Assembly: GCA_032718475.1 (NCBI GenBank)
Contig: JAUCBJ010000450.1
Location: 1-46,158, forward strand
Source of the DNA: Nemertoderma westbladi
Lineage: Eukaryota > Animalia > Xenacoelomorpha
Direction: 5' to 3'
Length of the DNA: 46,158 nt
Shown: piece after piece, positions 13,601 to 28,600 of the stretch
Layout of the letters: every line of letters begins with the position of its first letter
Numbering within the stretch: the first letter of the stretch is position 1
Position numbers and translations under genes: made by a program
Notes under the pieces: generated by a model
The model's database searches: none
What the model was told of the DNA's origin: nothing
Seen by the model: the letters and a program-made list of their open reading frames with translations, nothing else

Positions 13601-16600
13601 TTGTTATTGGTCAGTTACTTATTGGACTGTAAGTTGTTATTGGTCAGTTACTTATTGGATTGTAAGTTGCTATTGGTCAGTTACTTATTGGAAAAGTAAG
13701 TTGTTATTGGTCAGTTACTTATTGGACTGTAAGTTGTTATTGGTCAGTTACTTATTGGACTGTAAGTTGTTATTGGTCAGTTACTTATTGGACTGTAAGT
13801 TGTTATTGGTCAGTTACTTATTGGATTGTAAGTTGTTATTGGTCAGTTACTTATTGGATTGTAAGTTGTTATTGGTCAGTTACTTATTGGATTGTAAGTT
13901 GCTATTGGTCAGTTACTTATTGGAAAAGTAAGTTGTTATTGGTCAGTTACTTATTGGACTGTAAGTTGTTATTGGTCAGTTACTTATTGGACTGTAAGTT
14001 GTTATTGGTCAGTTACTTATTGGATTGTAAGTTGTTATTGGTCAGTTACTTATTGGATTGTAAGTTGTTATTGGTCAGTTACTTATTGGATTTTAAGTTG
14101 CTATTGGTCAGTTACTTATTTGAAAAGTAAGTTGTTATTGGTCAGTTACTTATTGGACTGTAAGTTGTTATTGGCCAGTTACTTATTGGATTGTAAGTTG
14201 TTATTGGTCAGTTACTTATTGGACTGTAAGTTGTTATTGGTCAGTTACTTATTGGATTGTAAGTTGTTATTGGTCAGTTACTTATTGGATTGTAAGTTGC
14301 TATTGGTCAGTTACTTATTGGACTGTAAGTTGTTATTGGTCAGTTACTTATTGGACTGTAAGTTGTTATTGGTCAGTTACTTATTGGATTGTAAGTTGTT
14401 ATTGGTCAGTTACTTATTGGATTGTAAGTTGCTATTGGTCAGTTACTTATTGGACTGTAAGTTGTTATTGGTCAGTTACTTATTGGACTGTAAGTTGTTA
14501 TTGGTCAGTTACTTATTGGACTGTAAGTTGTTATTGGTCAGTTACTTATTGGATTGTAAGTTGTTATTGGTCAGTTACTTATTGGATTGAAAGTTGCTAT
14601 TGGTCAGTTACTTATTGGACTGTAAGTTGTTATTGGTCAGTTACTTATTGGATTGTAAGTTGTTATTGGTCAGTTACTTATTGGATTGTAAGTTGCTATT
14701 GGTCAGTTACTTATTGGACTGTAAGTTGTTATTGGTCAGTTACTTATTGGACTGTAAGTTGTTATTGGTCAGTTACTTATTGGATTGTAAGTTGTTATTG
14801 GTCAGTTACTTATTGGATTGTAAGTTGTTATTGGTCAGTTACTTATTGGATTGTAAGTTGTTATTGGTCAGTTACTTATTGGATTGTAAGTTGCTATTGG
14901 TCAGTTACTTATTGGACTGTAAGTTGTTATTGGTCAGTTACTTATTGGATTGTAAGTTGTTATTGGTCAGTTACTTATTGGAAAGTAAGTTGCTATTGGT
15001 CAGTTACTTATTGGAAAGTAAGTTGCTATTGGTCAGTTACTTATTGGACTGTAAGTTGCTATTGGTCAGTTACTTATTGGAAAGTAAGTTGCTATTGGTC
15101 AGTTACTTATTGGACTGTAAGTTGTTATTGGTCAGTTACTTATTGGATTGTAAGTTGTTATTGGTCAGTTACTTATTGGATTGTAAGTTGCTATTGGTCA
15201 GTTACTTATTGGACTGTAAGTTGTTATTGGTCAGTTACTTATTGGATTGTAAGTTGTTATTGGTCAGTTACTTATTGGATTGTAAGTTGCTATTGGTCAG
15301 TTACTTATTGGACTGTAAGTTGTTATTGGTCAGTTACTTATTGGACTGTAAGTTGTTATTGGTCAGTTACTTATTGGACTGTAAGTTGTTATTGGTCAGT
15401 TACTTATTGGACTGTAAGTTGTTATTGGTCAGTTACTTATTGGACTGTAAGTTGTTATTGGTCAGTTACTTATTGGACTGTAAGTTGTTATTGGTCAGTT
15501 ACTTATTGGACTGTAAGTTGTTATTGGTCAGTTACTTATTGGATTGTAAGTTGTTATTGGTCAGTTACTTATTGGATTGTAAGTTGCTATTGGTCAGTTA
15601 CTTATTGGACTGTAAGTTGTTATTGGTCAGTTACTTATTGGACTGTAGGTTGTTATTGGTCAGTTACTTATTGGATTGTAAGTTGTTATTGGTCAGTTAC
15701 TTATTGGATTGTAAGTTGTTATTGGTCAGTTACTTATTGGACTGTAAGTTGTTATTGGTCAGTTACTTATTGGATTGTAAGTTGTTATTGGTCAGTTACT
15801 TATTGGATTGTAAGTTGTTATTGGTCAGTTACTTATTGGATTGTAAGTTGTTATTGGTCAGTTACTTATTGGATTTTAAGTTGCTATTGGTCAGTTACTT
15901 ATTGGAAAAGTAAGTTGTTATTGGTCAGTTACTTATTGGACTGTAAGTTGTTATTGGTCAGTTACTTATTGGATTGTAAGTTGTTATTGGTCAGTTACTT
16001 ATTGGACTGTAAGTTGTTATTGGTCAGTTACTTATTGGATTGTAAGTTGTTATTGGTCAGTTACTTATTGGATTGTAAGTTGCTATTGGTCAGTTACTTA
16101 TTGGACTGTAAGTTGCTATTGGTCAGTTACTTATTGGACTGTAAGTTGTTATTGGTCAGTTACTTATTGGACTGTAAGTTGTTATTGGTCAGTTACTTAT
16201 TGGATTGTAAGTTGTTATTGGTCAGTTACTTATTGGATTGTAAGTTGCTATTGGTCAGTTACTTATTGGACTGTAAGTTGTTATTGGTCAGTTACTTATT
16301 GGACTGTAAGTTGTTATTGGTCAGTTACTTATTGGACTGTAAGTTGTTATTGGTCAGTTACTTATTGGATTGTAAGTTGTTATTGGTCAGTTACTTATTG
16401 GATTGTAAGTTGCTATTGGTCAGTTACTTATTGGACTGTAAGTTGTTATTGGTCAGTTACTTATTGGATTGTAAGTTGTTATTGGTCAGTTACTTATTGG
16501 ATTTTAAGTTGCTATTGGTCAGTTACTTATTGGAAAAGTAAGTTGTTATTGGTCAGTTACTTATTGGACTGTAAGTTGTTATTGGTCAGTTACTTATTGG

Positions 16601-19600
16601 ATTGTAAGTTGTTATTGGTCAGTTACTTATTGGACTGTAAGTTGTTATTGGTCAGTTACTTATTGGATTGTAAGTTGTTATTGGTCAGTTACTTATTGGA
16701 TTGTAAGTTGCTATTGGTCAGTTACTTATTGGACTGTAAGTTGCTATTGGTCAGTTACTTATTGGACTGTAAGTTGTTATTGGTCAGTTACTTATTGGAC
16801 TGTAAGTTGTTATTGGTCAGTTACTTATTGGATTGTAAGTTGTTATTGGTCAGTTACTTATTGGATTGTAAGTTGCTATTGGTCAGTTACTTATTGGACT
16901 GTAAGTTGTTATTGGTCAGTTACTTATTGGACTGTAAGTTGTTATTGGTCAGTTACTTATTGGACTGTAAGTTGTTATTGGTCAGTTACTTATTGGATTG
17001 TAAGTTGTTATTGGTCAGTTACTTATTGGATTGTAAGTTGCTATTGGTCAGTTACTTATTGGACTGTAAGTTGTTATTGGTCAGTTACTTATTGGATTGT
17101 AAGTTGTTATTGGTCAGTTACTTATTGGATTGTAAGTTGCTATTGGTCAGTTACTTATTGGACTGTAAGTTGTTATTGGTCAGTTACTTATTGGACTGTA
17201 AGTTGTTATTGGTCAGTTACTTATTGGATTGTAAGTTGTTATTGGTCAGTTACTTATTGGATTGTAAGTTGTTATTGGTCAGTTACTTATTGGATTGTAA
17301 GTTGTTATTGGTCAGTTACTTATTGGATTGTAAGTTGCTATTGGTCAGTTACTTATTGGACTGTAAGTTGTTATTGGTCAGTTACTTATTGGATTGTAAG
17401 TTGTTATTGGTCAGTTACTTATTGGAAAGTAAGTTGCTATTGGTCAGTTACTTATTGGAAAGTAAGTTGCTATTGGTCAGTTACTTATTGGACTGTAAGT
17501 TGCTATTGGTCAGTTACTTATTGGAAAGTAAGTTGCTATTGGTCAGTTACTTATTGGACTGTAAGTTGTTATTGGTCAGTTACTTATTGGATTATAAGTT
17601 GTTATTGGTCAGTTACTTATTGGATTGTAAGTTGCTATTGGTCAGTTACTTATTGGACTGTAAGTTGTTATTGGTCAGTTACTTATTGGATTGTAAGTTG
17701 CTATTGGTCAGTTACTTATTGGACTGTAAGTTGTTATTGGTCAGTTACTTATTAGACTGTAGGTTGTTATTGGTCAGTTACTTATTGGATTGTAAGTTGT
17801 TATTGGTCAGTTACTTATTGGATTGTAAGTTGTTATTGGTCAGTTACTTATTGGACTGTAAGTTGTTATTGGTCAGTTACTTATTGGATTGTAAGTTGTT
17901 ATTGGTCAGTTACTTATTGGATTGTAAGTTGTTATTGGTCAGTTACTTATTGGACTGTAAGTTGTTATTGGTCAGTTACTTATTGGACTGTAAGTTGTTA
18001 TTGGTCAGTTACTTATTGGATTGTAAGTTGTTATTGGTCAGTTACTTATTGGATTGTAAGTTGCTATTGGTCAGTTACTTATTGGATTGTAAGTTGTTAT
18101 TGGTCAGTTACTTATTGGATTGTAAGTTGTTATTGGTCAGTTACTTATTGGATTGTAAGTTGCTATTGGTCAGTTACTTATTGGACTGTAAGTTGTTATT
18201 GGTCAGTTACTTATTGGATTGTAAGTTGTTATTGGTCAGTTACTTATTGGATTGTAAGTTGCTATTGGTCAGTTACTTATTGGACTGTAAGTTGTTATTG
18301 GTCAGTTACTTATTGGACTGTAAGTTGTTATTGGTCAGTTACTTATTGGATTGTAAGTTGTTATTGGTCAGTTACTTATTGGATTGTAAGTTGTTAGTGG
18401 TCTGTTACTTATTGGATTGTAAGTTGTTATTGGTCAGTTACTTATTGGATTGTAAGTTGCTATTGGTCAGTTACTTATTGGACTGTAAGTTGTTATTGGT
18501 CAGTTACTTATTGGATTGTAAGTTGTTATTGGTCAGTTACTTATTGGAAAGTAAGTTGCTATTGGTCAGTTACTTATTGGAAAGTAAGTTGCTATTGGTC
18601 AGTTACTTATTGGACTGTAAGTTGCTATTGGTCAGTTACTTATTGGAAAGTAAGTTGCTATTGGTCAGTTACTTATTGGACTGTAAGTTGTCATTGGTCA
18701 GTTACTTATTGGATTGTAAGTTGTTATTGGTCAGTTACTTATTGGATTGTAAGTTGCTATTGGTCAGTTACTTATTGGACTGTAAGTTGTTATTGGTCAG
18801 TTACTTATTGGACTGTAAGTTGTTATTGGTCAGTTACTTATTGGATTGTAAGTTGTTATTGGTCAGTTACTTATTGGATTGTAAGTTGTTATTGGTCAGT
18901 TACTTATTGGACTGTAAGTTGTTATTGGTCAGTTACTTATTGGACTGTAAGTTGTTATTGGTCAGTTACTTATTGGATTGTAAGTTGTTATTGGTCAGTT
19001 ACTTATTGGACTGTAAGTTGTTATTGGTCAGTTACTTATTTGACTGTAAGTTGTTATTGGTCAGTTACTTATTGGACTGTAAGTTGTTATTGGTCAGTTA
19101 CTTATTGGACTGTAAGTTGTTATTGGTCAGTTACTTATTGGACTGTAAGTTGTTATTGGTCAGTTACTTATTGGACTGTAAGTTGTTATTGGTCAGTTAC
19201 TTATTGGACTGTAAGTTGTTATTGGTCAGTTACTTATTGGATTGTAAGTTGTTATTGGTCAGTTACTTATTGGATTGTAAGTTGCTATTGGTCAGTTACT
19301 TATTGGACTGTAAGTTGTTATTGGTCAGTTACTTATTGGACTGTAGGTTGTTATTGGTCAGTTACTTATTGGACTGTAAGTTGTTATTGGTCAGTTACTT
19401 ATTGGATTGTAAGTTGTTATTGGTCAGTTACTTATTGGATTGTAAGTTGTTATTGGTCAGTTACTTATTGGATTGTAAGTTGTTATTGGTCAGTTACTTA
19501 TTGGATTTTAAGTTGTTATTGGTCAGTTACTTATTGGAAAAGTAAGTTGTTATTGGTCAGTTACTTATTGGACTGTAAGTTGTTATTGGTCAGTTACTTA

Positions 19601-22600
19601 TTGGATTGTAAGTTGTTATTGGTCAGTTACTTATTGGACTGTAAGTTGTTATTGGTCAGTTACTTATTGGATTGTAAGTTGTTATTGGTCAGTTACTTAT
19701 TGGATTGTAAGTTGCTATTGGTCAGTTACTTATTGGACTGTAAGTTGCTATTGGTCAGTTACTTATTGGACTGTAAGTTGTTATTGGTCAGTTACTTATT
19801 GGACTGTAAGTTGTTATTGGTCAGTTACTTATTGGATTGTAAGTTGTTATTGGTCAGTTACTTATTGGATTGTAAGTTGCTATTGGTCAGTTACTTATTG
19901 GACTGTAAGTTGTTATTGGTCAGTTACTTATTGGACTGTAAGTTGTTATTGGTCAGTTACTTATTGGACTGTAAGTTGTTATTGGTCAGTTACTTATTGG
20001 ATTGTAAGTTGTTATTGGTCAGTTACTTATTGGATTGTAAGTTGCTATTGGTCAGTTACTTATTGGACTGTAAGTTGTTATTGGTCAGTTACTTATTGGA
20101 TTGTAAGTTGTTATTGGTCAGTTACTTATTGGATTTTAAGTTGCTATTGGTCAGTTACTTATTGGAAAGTAAGTTGTTATTGGTCAGTTACTTATTGGAC
20201 TGTAAGTTGTTATTGGTCAGTTACTTATTGGATTGTAAGTTGTTATTGGTCAGTTACTTATTGGACTGTAAGTTGTTATTGGTCAGTTACTTATTGGATT
20301 GTAAGTTGTTATTGGTCAGTTACTTATTGGATTGTAAGTTGCTATTGGTCAGTTACTTATTGGACTGTAAGTTGCTATTGGTCAGTTACTTATTGGACTG
20401 TAAGTTGTTATTGGTCAGTTACTTATTGGACTGTAAGTTGTTATTGGTCAGTTACTTATTGGATTGTAAGTTGTTATTGGTCAGTTACTTATTGGATTGT
20501 AAGTTGCTATTGGTCAGTTACTTATTGGACTGTAAGTTGTTATTGGTCAGTTACTTATTGGACTGTAAGTTGTTATTGGTCAGTTACTTATTGGACTGTA
20601 AGTTGTTATTGGTCAGTTACTTATTGGATTGTAAGTTGTTATTGGTCAGTTACTTATTGGATTGTAAGTTGCTATTGGTCAGTTACTTATTGGACTGTAA
20701 GTTGTTATTGGTCAGTTACTTATTGGATTGTAAGTTGTTATTGGTCAGTTACTTATTGGATTGTAAGTTGCTATTGGTCAGTTACTTATTGGACTGTAAG
20801 TTGTTATTGGTCAGTTACTTATTGGACTGTAAGTTGTTATTGGTCAGTTACTTATTGGATTGTAAGTTGTTATTGGTCAGTTACTTATTGGATTGTAAGT
20901 TGTTATTGGTCAGTTACTTATTGGATTGTAAGTTGTTATTGGTCAGTTACTTATTGGATTGTAAGTTGCTATTGGTCAGTTACTTATTGGACTGTAAGTT
21001 GTTATTGGTCAGTTACTTATTGGATTGTAAGTTGTTATTGGTCAGTTACTTATTGGAAAGTAAGTTGCTATTGGTCAGTTACTTATTGGAAAGTAAGTTG
21101 CTATTGGTCAGTTACTTATTGGACTGTAAGTTGCTATTGGTCAGTTACTTATTGGAAAGTAAGTTGCTATTGGTCAGTTACTTATTGGACTGTAAGTTGT
21201 TATTGGTCAGTTACTTATTGGATTGTAAGTTGTTATTGGTCAGTTACTTATTGGATTGTAAGTTGCTATTGGTCAGTTACTTATTGGACTGTAAGTTGTT
21301 ATTGGTCAGTTACTTATTGGATTGTAAGTTGTTATTGGTCAGTTACTTATTGGATTGTAAGTTGCTATTGGTCAGTTACTTATTGGACTGTAAATTGTTA
21401 TTGGTCAGTTACTTATTGGACTGTAAGTTGTTATTGGTCAGTTACTTATTGGACTGTAAGTTGTTATTGGTCAGTTACTTATTGGACTGTAAGTTGTTAT
21501 TGGTCAGTTACTTATTGGACTGTAAGTTGTTATTGGTCAGTTACTTATTGGACTGTAAGTTGTTATTGGTCAGTTACTTATTGGACTGTAAGTTGTTATT
21601 GGTCAATTACTTATTGGATTGTAAGTTGTTATTGGTCAGTTACTTATTGGATTGTAAGTTGCTATTGGTCAGTTACTTATTGGACTGTAAGTTGTTATTG
21701 GTCAGTTACTTATGGGACTGTAGGTTGTTATTGGTCAGTTACTTATTGGATTGTAAGTTGTTATTGGTCAGTTACTTATTGGATTGTAAGTTGTTATTGG
21801 TCAGTTACTTATTGGACTGTAAGTTGTTATTGGTCAGTTACTTATTGGATTGTAAGTTGTTATTGGTCAGTTACTTATTGGATTGTAAGTTGTTATTGGT
21901 CAGTTACTTATTGGACTGTAAGTTGTTATTGGTCAGTTACTTATTGGACTGTAAGTTGTTATTGGTCAGTTACTTATTGGATTGTAAGTTGTTATTGGTC
22001 AGTTACTTATTGGATTGTAAGTTGCTATTGGTCAGTTACTTATTGGATTGTAAGTTGTTATTGGTCAGTTACTTATTGGATTGTAAGTTGTTATTGGTCA
22101 GTTACTTATTGGATTGTAAGTTGCTATTGGTCAGTTACTTATTGGACTGTAAGTTGTTATTGGTCAGTTACTTATTGGATTGTAAGTTGTTATTGGTCAG
22201 TTACTTATTGGATTGTAAGTTGCTATTGGTCAGTTACTTATTGGACTGTAAGTTGTTATTGGTCAGTTACTTATTGGACTGTAAGTTGTTATTGGTCAGT
22301 TACTTATTGGATTGTAAGTTGTTATTGGTCAGTTACTTATTGGATTGTAAGTTGTTATTGGTCAGTTACTTATTGGATTGTAAGTTGTTATTGGTCAGTT
22401 ACTTATTGGATTGTAAGTTGCTATTGGTCAGTTACTTATTGGACTGTAAGTTGTTATTGGTCAGTTACTTATTGGATTGTAAGTTGTTATTGGTCAGTTA
22501 CTTATTGGAAAGTAAGTTGCTATTGGTCAGTTACTTATTGGAAAGTAAGTTGCTATTGGTCAGTTACTTATTGGACTGTAAGTTGCTATTGGTCAGTTAC

Positions 22601-25600
22601 TTATTGGAAAGTAAGTTGCTATTGGTCAGTTACTTATTGGACTGTAAGTTGTCATTGGTCAGTTACTTATTGGATTGTAAGTTGTTATTGGTCAGTTACT
22701 TATTGGATTGTAAGTTGCTATTGGTCAGTTACTTATTGGACTGTAAGTTGTTATTGGTCAGTTACTTATTGGACTGTAAGTTGTTATTGGTCAGTTACTT
22801 ATTGGATTGTAAGTTGTTATTGGTCAGTTACTTATTGGATTGTAAGTTGTTATTGGTCAGTTACTTATTGGACTGTAAGTTGTTATTGGTCAGTTACTTA
22901 TTGGACTGTAAGTTGTTATTGGTCAGTTACTTATTGGACTGTAAGTTGTTCTTGGTCAGTTACTTATTGGATTGTAAGTTGTTATTGGTCAGTTACTTAT
23001 TGGATTGTAAGTTGTTATTGGTCAGTTACTTATTGGATTGTAAGTTGTTATTGGTCAGTTACTTATTGGATTGTAAGTTGCTATTGGTCAGTTACTTATT
23101 GGACTGTAAGTTGTTATTGGTCAGTTACTTATTGGATTGTAAGTTGTTATTGGTCAGTTACTTATTGGAAAGTAAGTTGCTATTGGTCAGTTACTTATTG
23201 GAAAGTAAGTTGCTATTGGTCAGTTACTTATTGGACTGTAAGTTGCTATTGGTCAGTTACTTATTGGAAAGTAAGTTGCTATTGGTCAGTTACTTATTGG
23301 ACTGTAAGTTGTTATTGGTCAGTTACTTATTGGATTGTAAGTTGTTATTGGTCAGTTACTTATTGGATTGTAAGTTGCTATTGGTCAGTTACTTATTGGA
23401 CTGTAAGTTGTTATTGGTCAGTTACTTATTGGATTGTAAGTTGTTATTGGTCAGTTACTTATTGGATTGTAAGTTGCTATTGGTCAGTTACTTATTGGAC
23501 TGTAAGTTGTTATTGGTCAGTTACTTATTGGACTGTAAGTTGTTATTGGTCAGTTACTTATTGGACTGTAAGTTGTTATTGGTCAGTTACTTATTGGACT
23601 GTAAGTTGTTATTGGTCAGTTACTTATTGGACTGTAAGTTGTTATTGGTCAGTTACTTATTGGACTGTAAGTTGTTATTGGTCAGTTACTTATTGGACTG
23701 TAAGTTGTTATTGGACAATTACTTATTGGATTGTAAGTTGTTATTGGTCAGTTACTTATTGGATTGTAAGTTGCTATTGGTCAGTTACTTATTGGACTGT
23801 AAGTTGTTATTGGTCAGTTACTTATTGGACTGTAGGTTGTTATTGGTCAGTTACTTATTGGATTGTAAGTTGTTATTGGTCAGTTACTTATTGGATTGTA
23901 AGTTGTTATTGGTCAGTTACTTATTGGACTGTAAGTTGTTATTGGTCAGTTACTTATTGGATTGTAAGTTGTTATTGGTCAGTTACTTATTGGATTGTAA
24001 GTTGTTATTGGTCAGTTACTTATTGGACTGTAAGTTGGTATTGGTCAGTTACTTATTGGACTGTAAGTTGTTATTGGTCAGTTACTTATTGGATTGTAAG
24101 TTGTTATTGGTCAGTTACTTATTGGATTGTAAGTTGCTATTGGTCAGTTACTTATTGGATTGTAAGTTGTTATTGGTCAGTTACTTATTGGATTGTAAGT
24201 TGTTATTGGTCAGTTACTTATTGGATTGTAAGTTGCTATTGGTCAGTTACTTATTGGACTGTAAGTTGTTATTGGTCAGTTACTTATTGGATTGTAAGTT
24301 GTTATTGGTCAGTTACTTGTTGGATTGTAAGTTGCTATTGGTCAGTTACTTATTGGACTGTAAGTTGTTATTGGTCAGTTACTTATTGGACTGTAAGTTG
24401 TTATTGGTCAGTTACTTATTGGATTGTAAGTTGTTATTGGTCAGTTACTTATTGGATTGTAAGTTGTTATTGGTCAGTTACTTATTGGATTGTAAGTTGT
24501 TATTGGTCAGTTACTTATTGGATTGTAAGTTGCTATTGGTCAGTTACTTATTGGACTGTAAGTTGTTATTGGTCAGTTACTTATTGGATTGTAAGTTGTT
24601 ATTGGTCAGTTACTTATTGGAAAGTAAGTTGCTATTGGTCAGTTACTTATTGGAAAGTAAGTTGCTATTGGTCAGTTACTTATTGGACTGTAAGTTGCTA
24701 TTGGTCAGTTACTTATTGGAAAGTAAGTTGCTATTGGTCAGTTACTTATTGGACTGTAAGTTGTCATTGGTCAGTTACTTATTGGATTGTAAGTTGTTAT
24801 TGGTCAGTTACTTATTGGATTGTAAGTTGCTATTGGTCAGTTACTTATTGGACTGTAAGTTGTTATTGGTCAGTTACTTATTGGACTGTAAGTTGTTATT
24901 GGTCAGTTACTTATTGGATTGTAAGTTGTTATTGGTCAGTTACTTATTGGATTGTAAGTTGTTATTGGTCAGTTACTTATTGGACTGTAAGTTGTTATTG
25001 GTCAGTTACTTATTGGACTGTAAGTTGTTATTGGTCAGTTACTTATTGGATTGTAAGTTGTTATTGGTCAGTTACTTATTGGATTGTAAGTTGCTATTGG
25101 TCAGTTACTTATTGGATTGTAAGTTGTTATTGGTCAGTTACTTATTGGATTGTAAGTTGCTATTGGTCAGTTACTTATTGGAAAAGTAAGTTGTTATTGG
25201 TCAGTTACTTATTGGACTGTAAGTTGTTATTGGTCAGTTACTTATTGGAAAGTAAGTTGCTATTGGTCAGTTACTTATTGGACTGTAAGTTGTTATTGGT
25301 CAGTTACTTATTGGAAAGTAAGTTGCTTTTGGTCAGTTACTTATTGGACTGTAAGTTGTTATTGGTCAGTTACTTATTGGAAAGTAAGTAGTTATTGGTC
25401 AGTTACTTATTGGAAAGTAAGTTGCTATTGGTCAGTTACTTATTGGATTGTAAGTTGTTATTGGTCAGTTACTTATTGGATTGTAAGTTGTTATTGGTCA
25501 GTTACTTATTGGATTGTAAGTTGTTATTGGTCAGTTACTTATTGGACTGTAAGTTGTTATTGGTCAGTTACTTATTGGACTGTAAGTTGTTATTGGTCAG

Positions 25601-28600
25601 TTACTTATTGGACTGTAAGTTGTTATTGGTCAGTTACTTATTGGATTGTAAGTTGTTATTGGTCAGTTACTTATTGGATTGTAAGTTGTTATTGGTCAGT
25701 TACTTATTGGATTGTAAGTTGCTATTGGTCAGTTACTTATTGGAAAAGTAAGTTGTTATTGGTCAGTTACTTATTGGACTGTAAGTTGTTATTGGTCAGT
25801 TACTTATTGGATTGTAAGTTGTTATTGGTCAGTTACTTATTGGATTGTAAGTTGTTATTGGTCAGTTACTTATTGGATTGTAAGTTGCTATTGGTCAGTT
25901 ACTTATTGGAAAAGTAAGTTGTTATTGGTCAGTTACTTATTGGACTGTAAGTTGTTATTGGTCAGTTACTTATTGGACTGTAAGTTGTTATTGGTCAGTT
26001 ACTTATTGGATTGTAAGTTGTTATTGGTCAGTTACTTATTGGATTGTAAGTTGCTATTGGTCAGTTACTTATTGGAAAAGTAAGTTGTTATTGGTCAGTT
26101 ACTTATTGGATTGTAAGTTGCTATTGGTCAGTTACTTATTGGAAAAGTAAGTTGTTATTGGTCAGTTACTTATTGGACTGTAAGTTGTTATTGGTCAGTT
26201 CCTTATTGGACTGTAAGTTGTTATTGGTCAGTTACTTATTGGATTGTAAGTTGTTATTGGTCAGTTACTTATTGGATTGTAAGTTGTTATTGGTCAGTTA
26301 CTTATTGGAAAAGTAAGTTGTTATTGGTCAGTTACTTATTGGACTGTAAGTTGTTATTGGTCAGTTACTTATTGGATTGTAAGTTGCTATTGGTCAGTTA
26401 CTTATTGGACTGTAAGTTGTTATTGGTCAGTTACTTATTGGACTGTAAGTTGTTATTGGTCAGTTACTTATTGGATTGTAAGTTGTTATTGGTCAGTTAC
26501 TTATTGGATTGTAAGTTGTTATTGGTCAGTTACTTATTGGATTGTAAGTTGCTATTGGTCAGTTACTTATTGAAAAGTAAGTTGTTATTGGTCAGTTACT
26601 TATTGGAAAGTAAGTTGCTATTGGTCAGTTACTTATTGGACTGTAAGTTGTTATTGGTCAGTTACTTATTGGATTGTAAGTTGCTATTGGTCAGTTACTT
26701 ATTGGACTGTAAGTTGTTATTGGTCAGTTACTTATTGGACTGTAAGTTGTTATTGGTCAGTTACTTATTGGATTGTAAGTTGTTATTGGTCAGTTACTTA
26801 TTGGATTGTAAGTTGTTATTGGTCAGTTACTTATTGGATTGTAAGTTGCTATTGGTCAGTTACTTATTGAAAAGTAAGTTGTTATTGGTCAGTTACTTAT
26901 TGGAAAGTAAGTTGTTATTGGTCAGTTACTTATTGGACTGTAAGTTGTTATTGGTCAGTTACTTATTGGAAAGTAAGTTGCTATTGGTCAGTTACTTATT
27001 GGACTGTAAGTTGTTATTGGTCAGTTACTTATTGGAAAGTAAGTTGCTATTGGTCAGTTACTTATTGGACTGTAAGTTGTTATTGGTCAGTTACTTATTG
27101 GAAAGTAAGTAGTTATTGGTCAGTTACTTATTGGAAAGTAAGTTGCTATTGGTCAGTTACTTATTGGATTGTAAGTTGTTATTGGTCAGTTACTTATTGG
27201 ATTGTAAGTTGTTATTGGTCAGTTACTTATTGGATTGTAAGTTGTTATTGGTCAGTTACTTATTGGATTGTAAGTTGCTATTGGTCAGTTACTTATTGAA
27301 AAGTAAGTTGTTATTGGTCAGTTACTTATTGGACTGTAAGTTGTTATTGGTCAGTTACTTATTGGATTGTAAGTTGTTATTGGTCAGTTACTTATTGGAT
27401 TGTAAGTTGTTATTGGTCAGTTACTTATTGGACTGTAAGTTGTTATTGGTCAGTTACTTATTGGATTGTAAGTTGTTATTGGTCAGTTACTTATTGGATT
27501 GTAAGTTGTTATTGGTCAGTTACTTATTGGACTGTAAGTTGTTATTGGTCAGTTACTTATTGGATTGTAAGTTGTTATTGGTCAGTTACTTATTGGATTG
27601 TAAGTTGTTATTGGTTAGTTACTTATTGGATTGTAAGTTCTTATTGGTCAGTTACTTATTGGATTGTAACTTGCTATTGGTCAGTTACTTATTGAAAAGT
27701 AAGTTGTTATTGGTCAGTTACTTATTGGACTGTAAGTTGTTATTGGTCAGTTACTTATTGGATTGTAAGTTGTTATTGGTCAGTTACTTATTGGATTGTA
27801 AGTTGTTATTGGTCAGTTACTTATTGGATTGTAAGTTGTTATTGGTCAGTTACTTATTGGACTGTAAGTTGTTATTGGTCAGTTACTTATTGGAAAGTAA
27901 GTTGTTATTGGTCAGTTACTTATTGGATTGTAAGTTGCTATTGGTCAGTTACTTATTGAAAAGTAAGTTGTTATTGGTCAGTTACTTATTGGAAAGTAAG
28001 TTGCTATTGGTCAGTTACTTATTGGACTGTAAGTTGCTATTGGTCAGTTACTTATTGGACTGTAAGTTGTTATTGGTCAGTTACTTATTGGACTGTAAGT
28101 TGTTATTGGTCAGTTACTTATTGGACTGTAAGTTGTTATTGGTCAGTTACTTATTGGAAAGTAAGTTGCTATTGGTCAGTTACTTATTGGACTGTAAGTT
28201 GTTATTGGTCAGTTACTTATTGGAAAGTAAGTTGTTATTGGTCAGTTACTTATTGGAAAGTAAGTTGCTATTGGTCAGTTACTTATTGGACTGTAAGTTG
28301 TTATTGGTCAGTTACTTATTGGAAAGTAAGTTGCTATTGGCCAGTTACTTATGGACTGGAAGTTGTTATTGGTCAGTTACTTATTGGAAAGTAAGTTGTT
28401 ATTGGTCAGTTACTTATTGGATTGTAAGTTGTTATTGGTCAGTTACTTATTGGAAAGTAAGTTGCTATTGGTCAGTTACTTATTGGACTGTAAGTTGCTA
28501 TTGGTCAGTTACTTATTGGACTGTAAGTTGTTATTGGTCAGTTACTTATTGGATTGTAAGTTGTTATTGGTCAGTTACTTATTGGACTGTAAGTTGTTAT

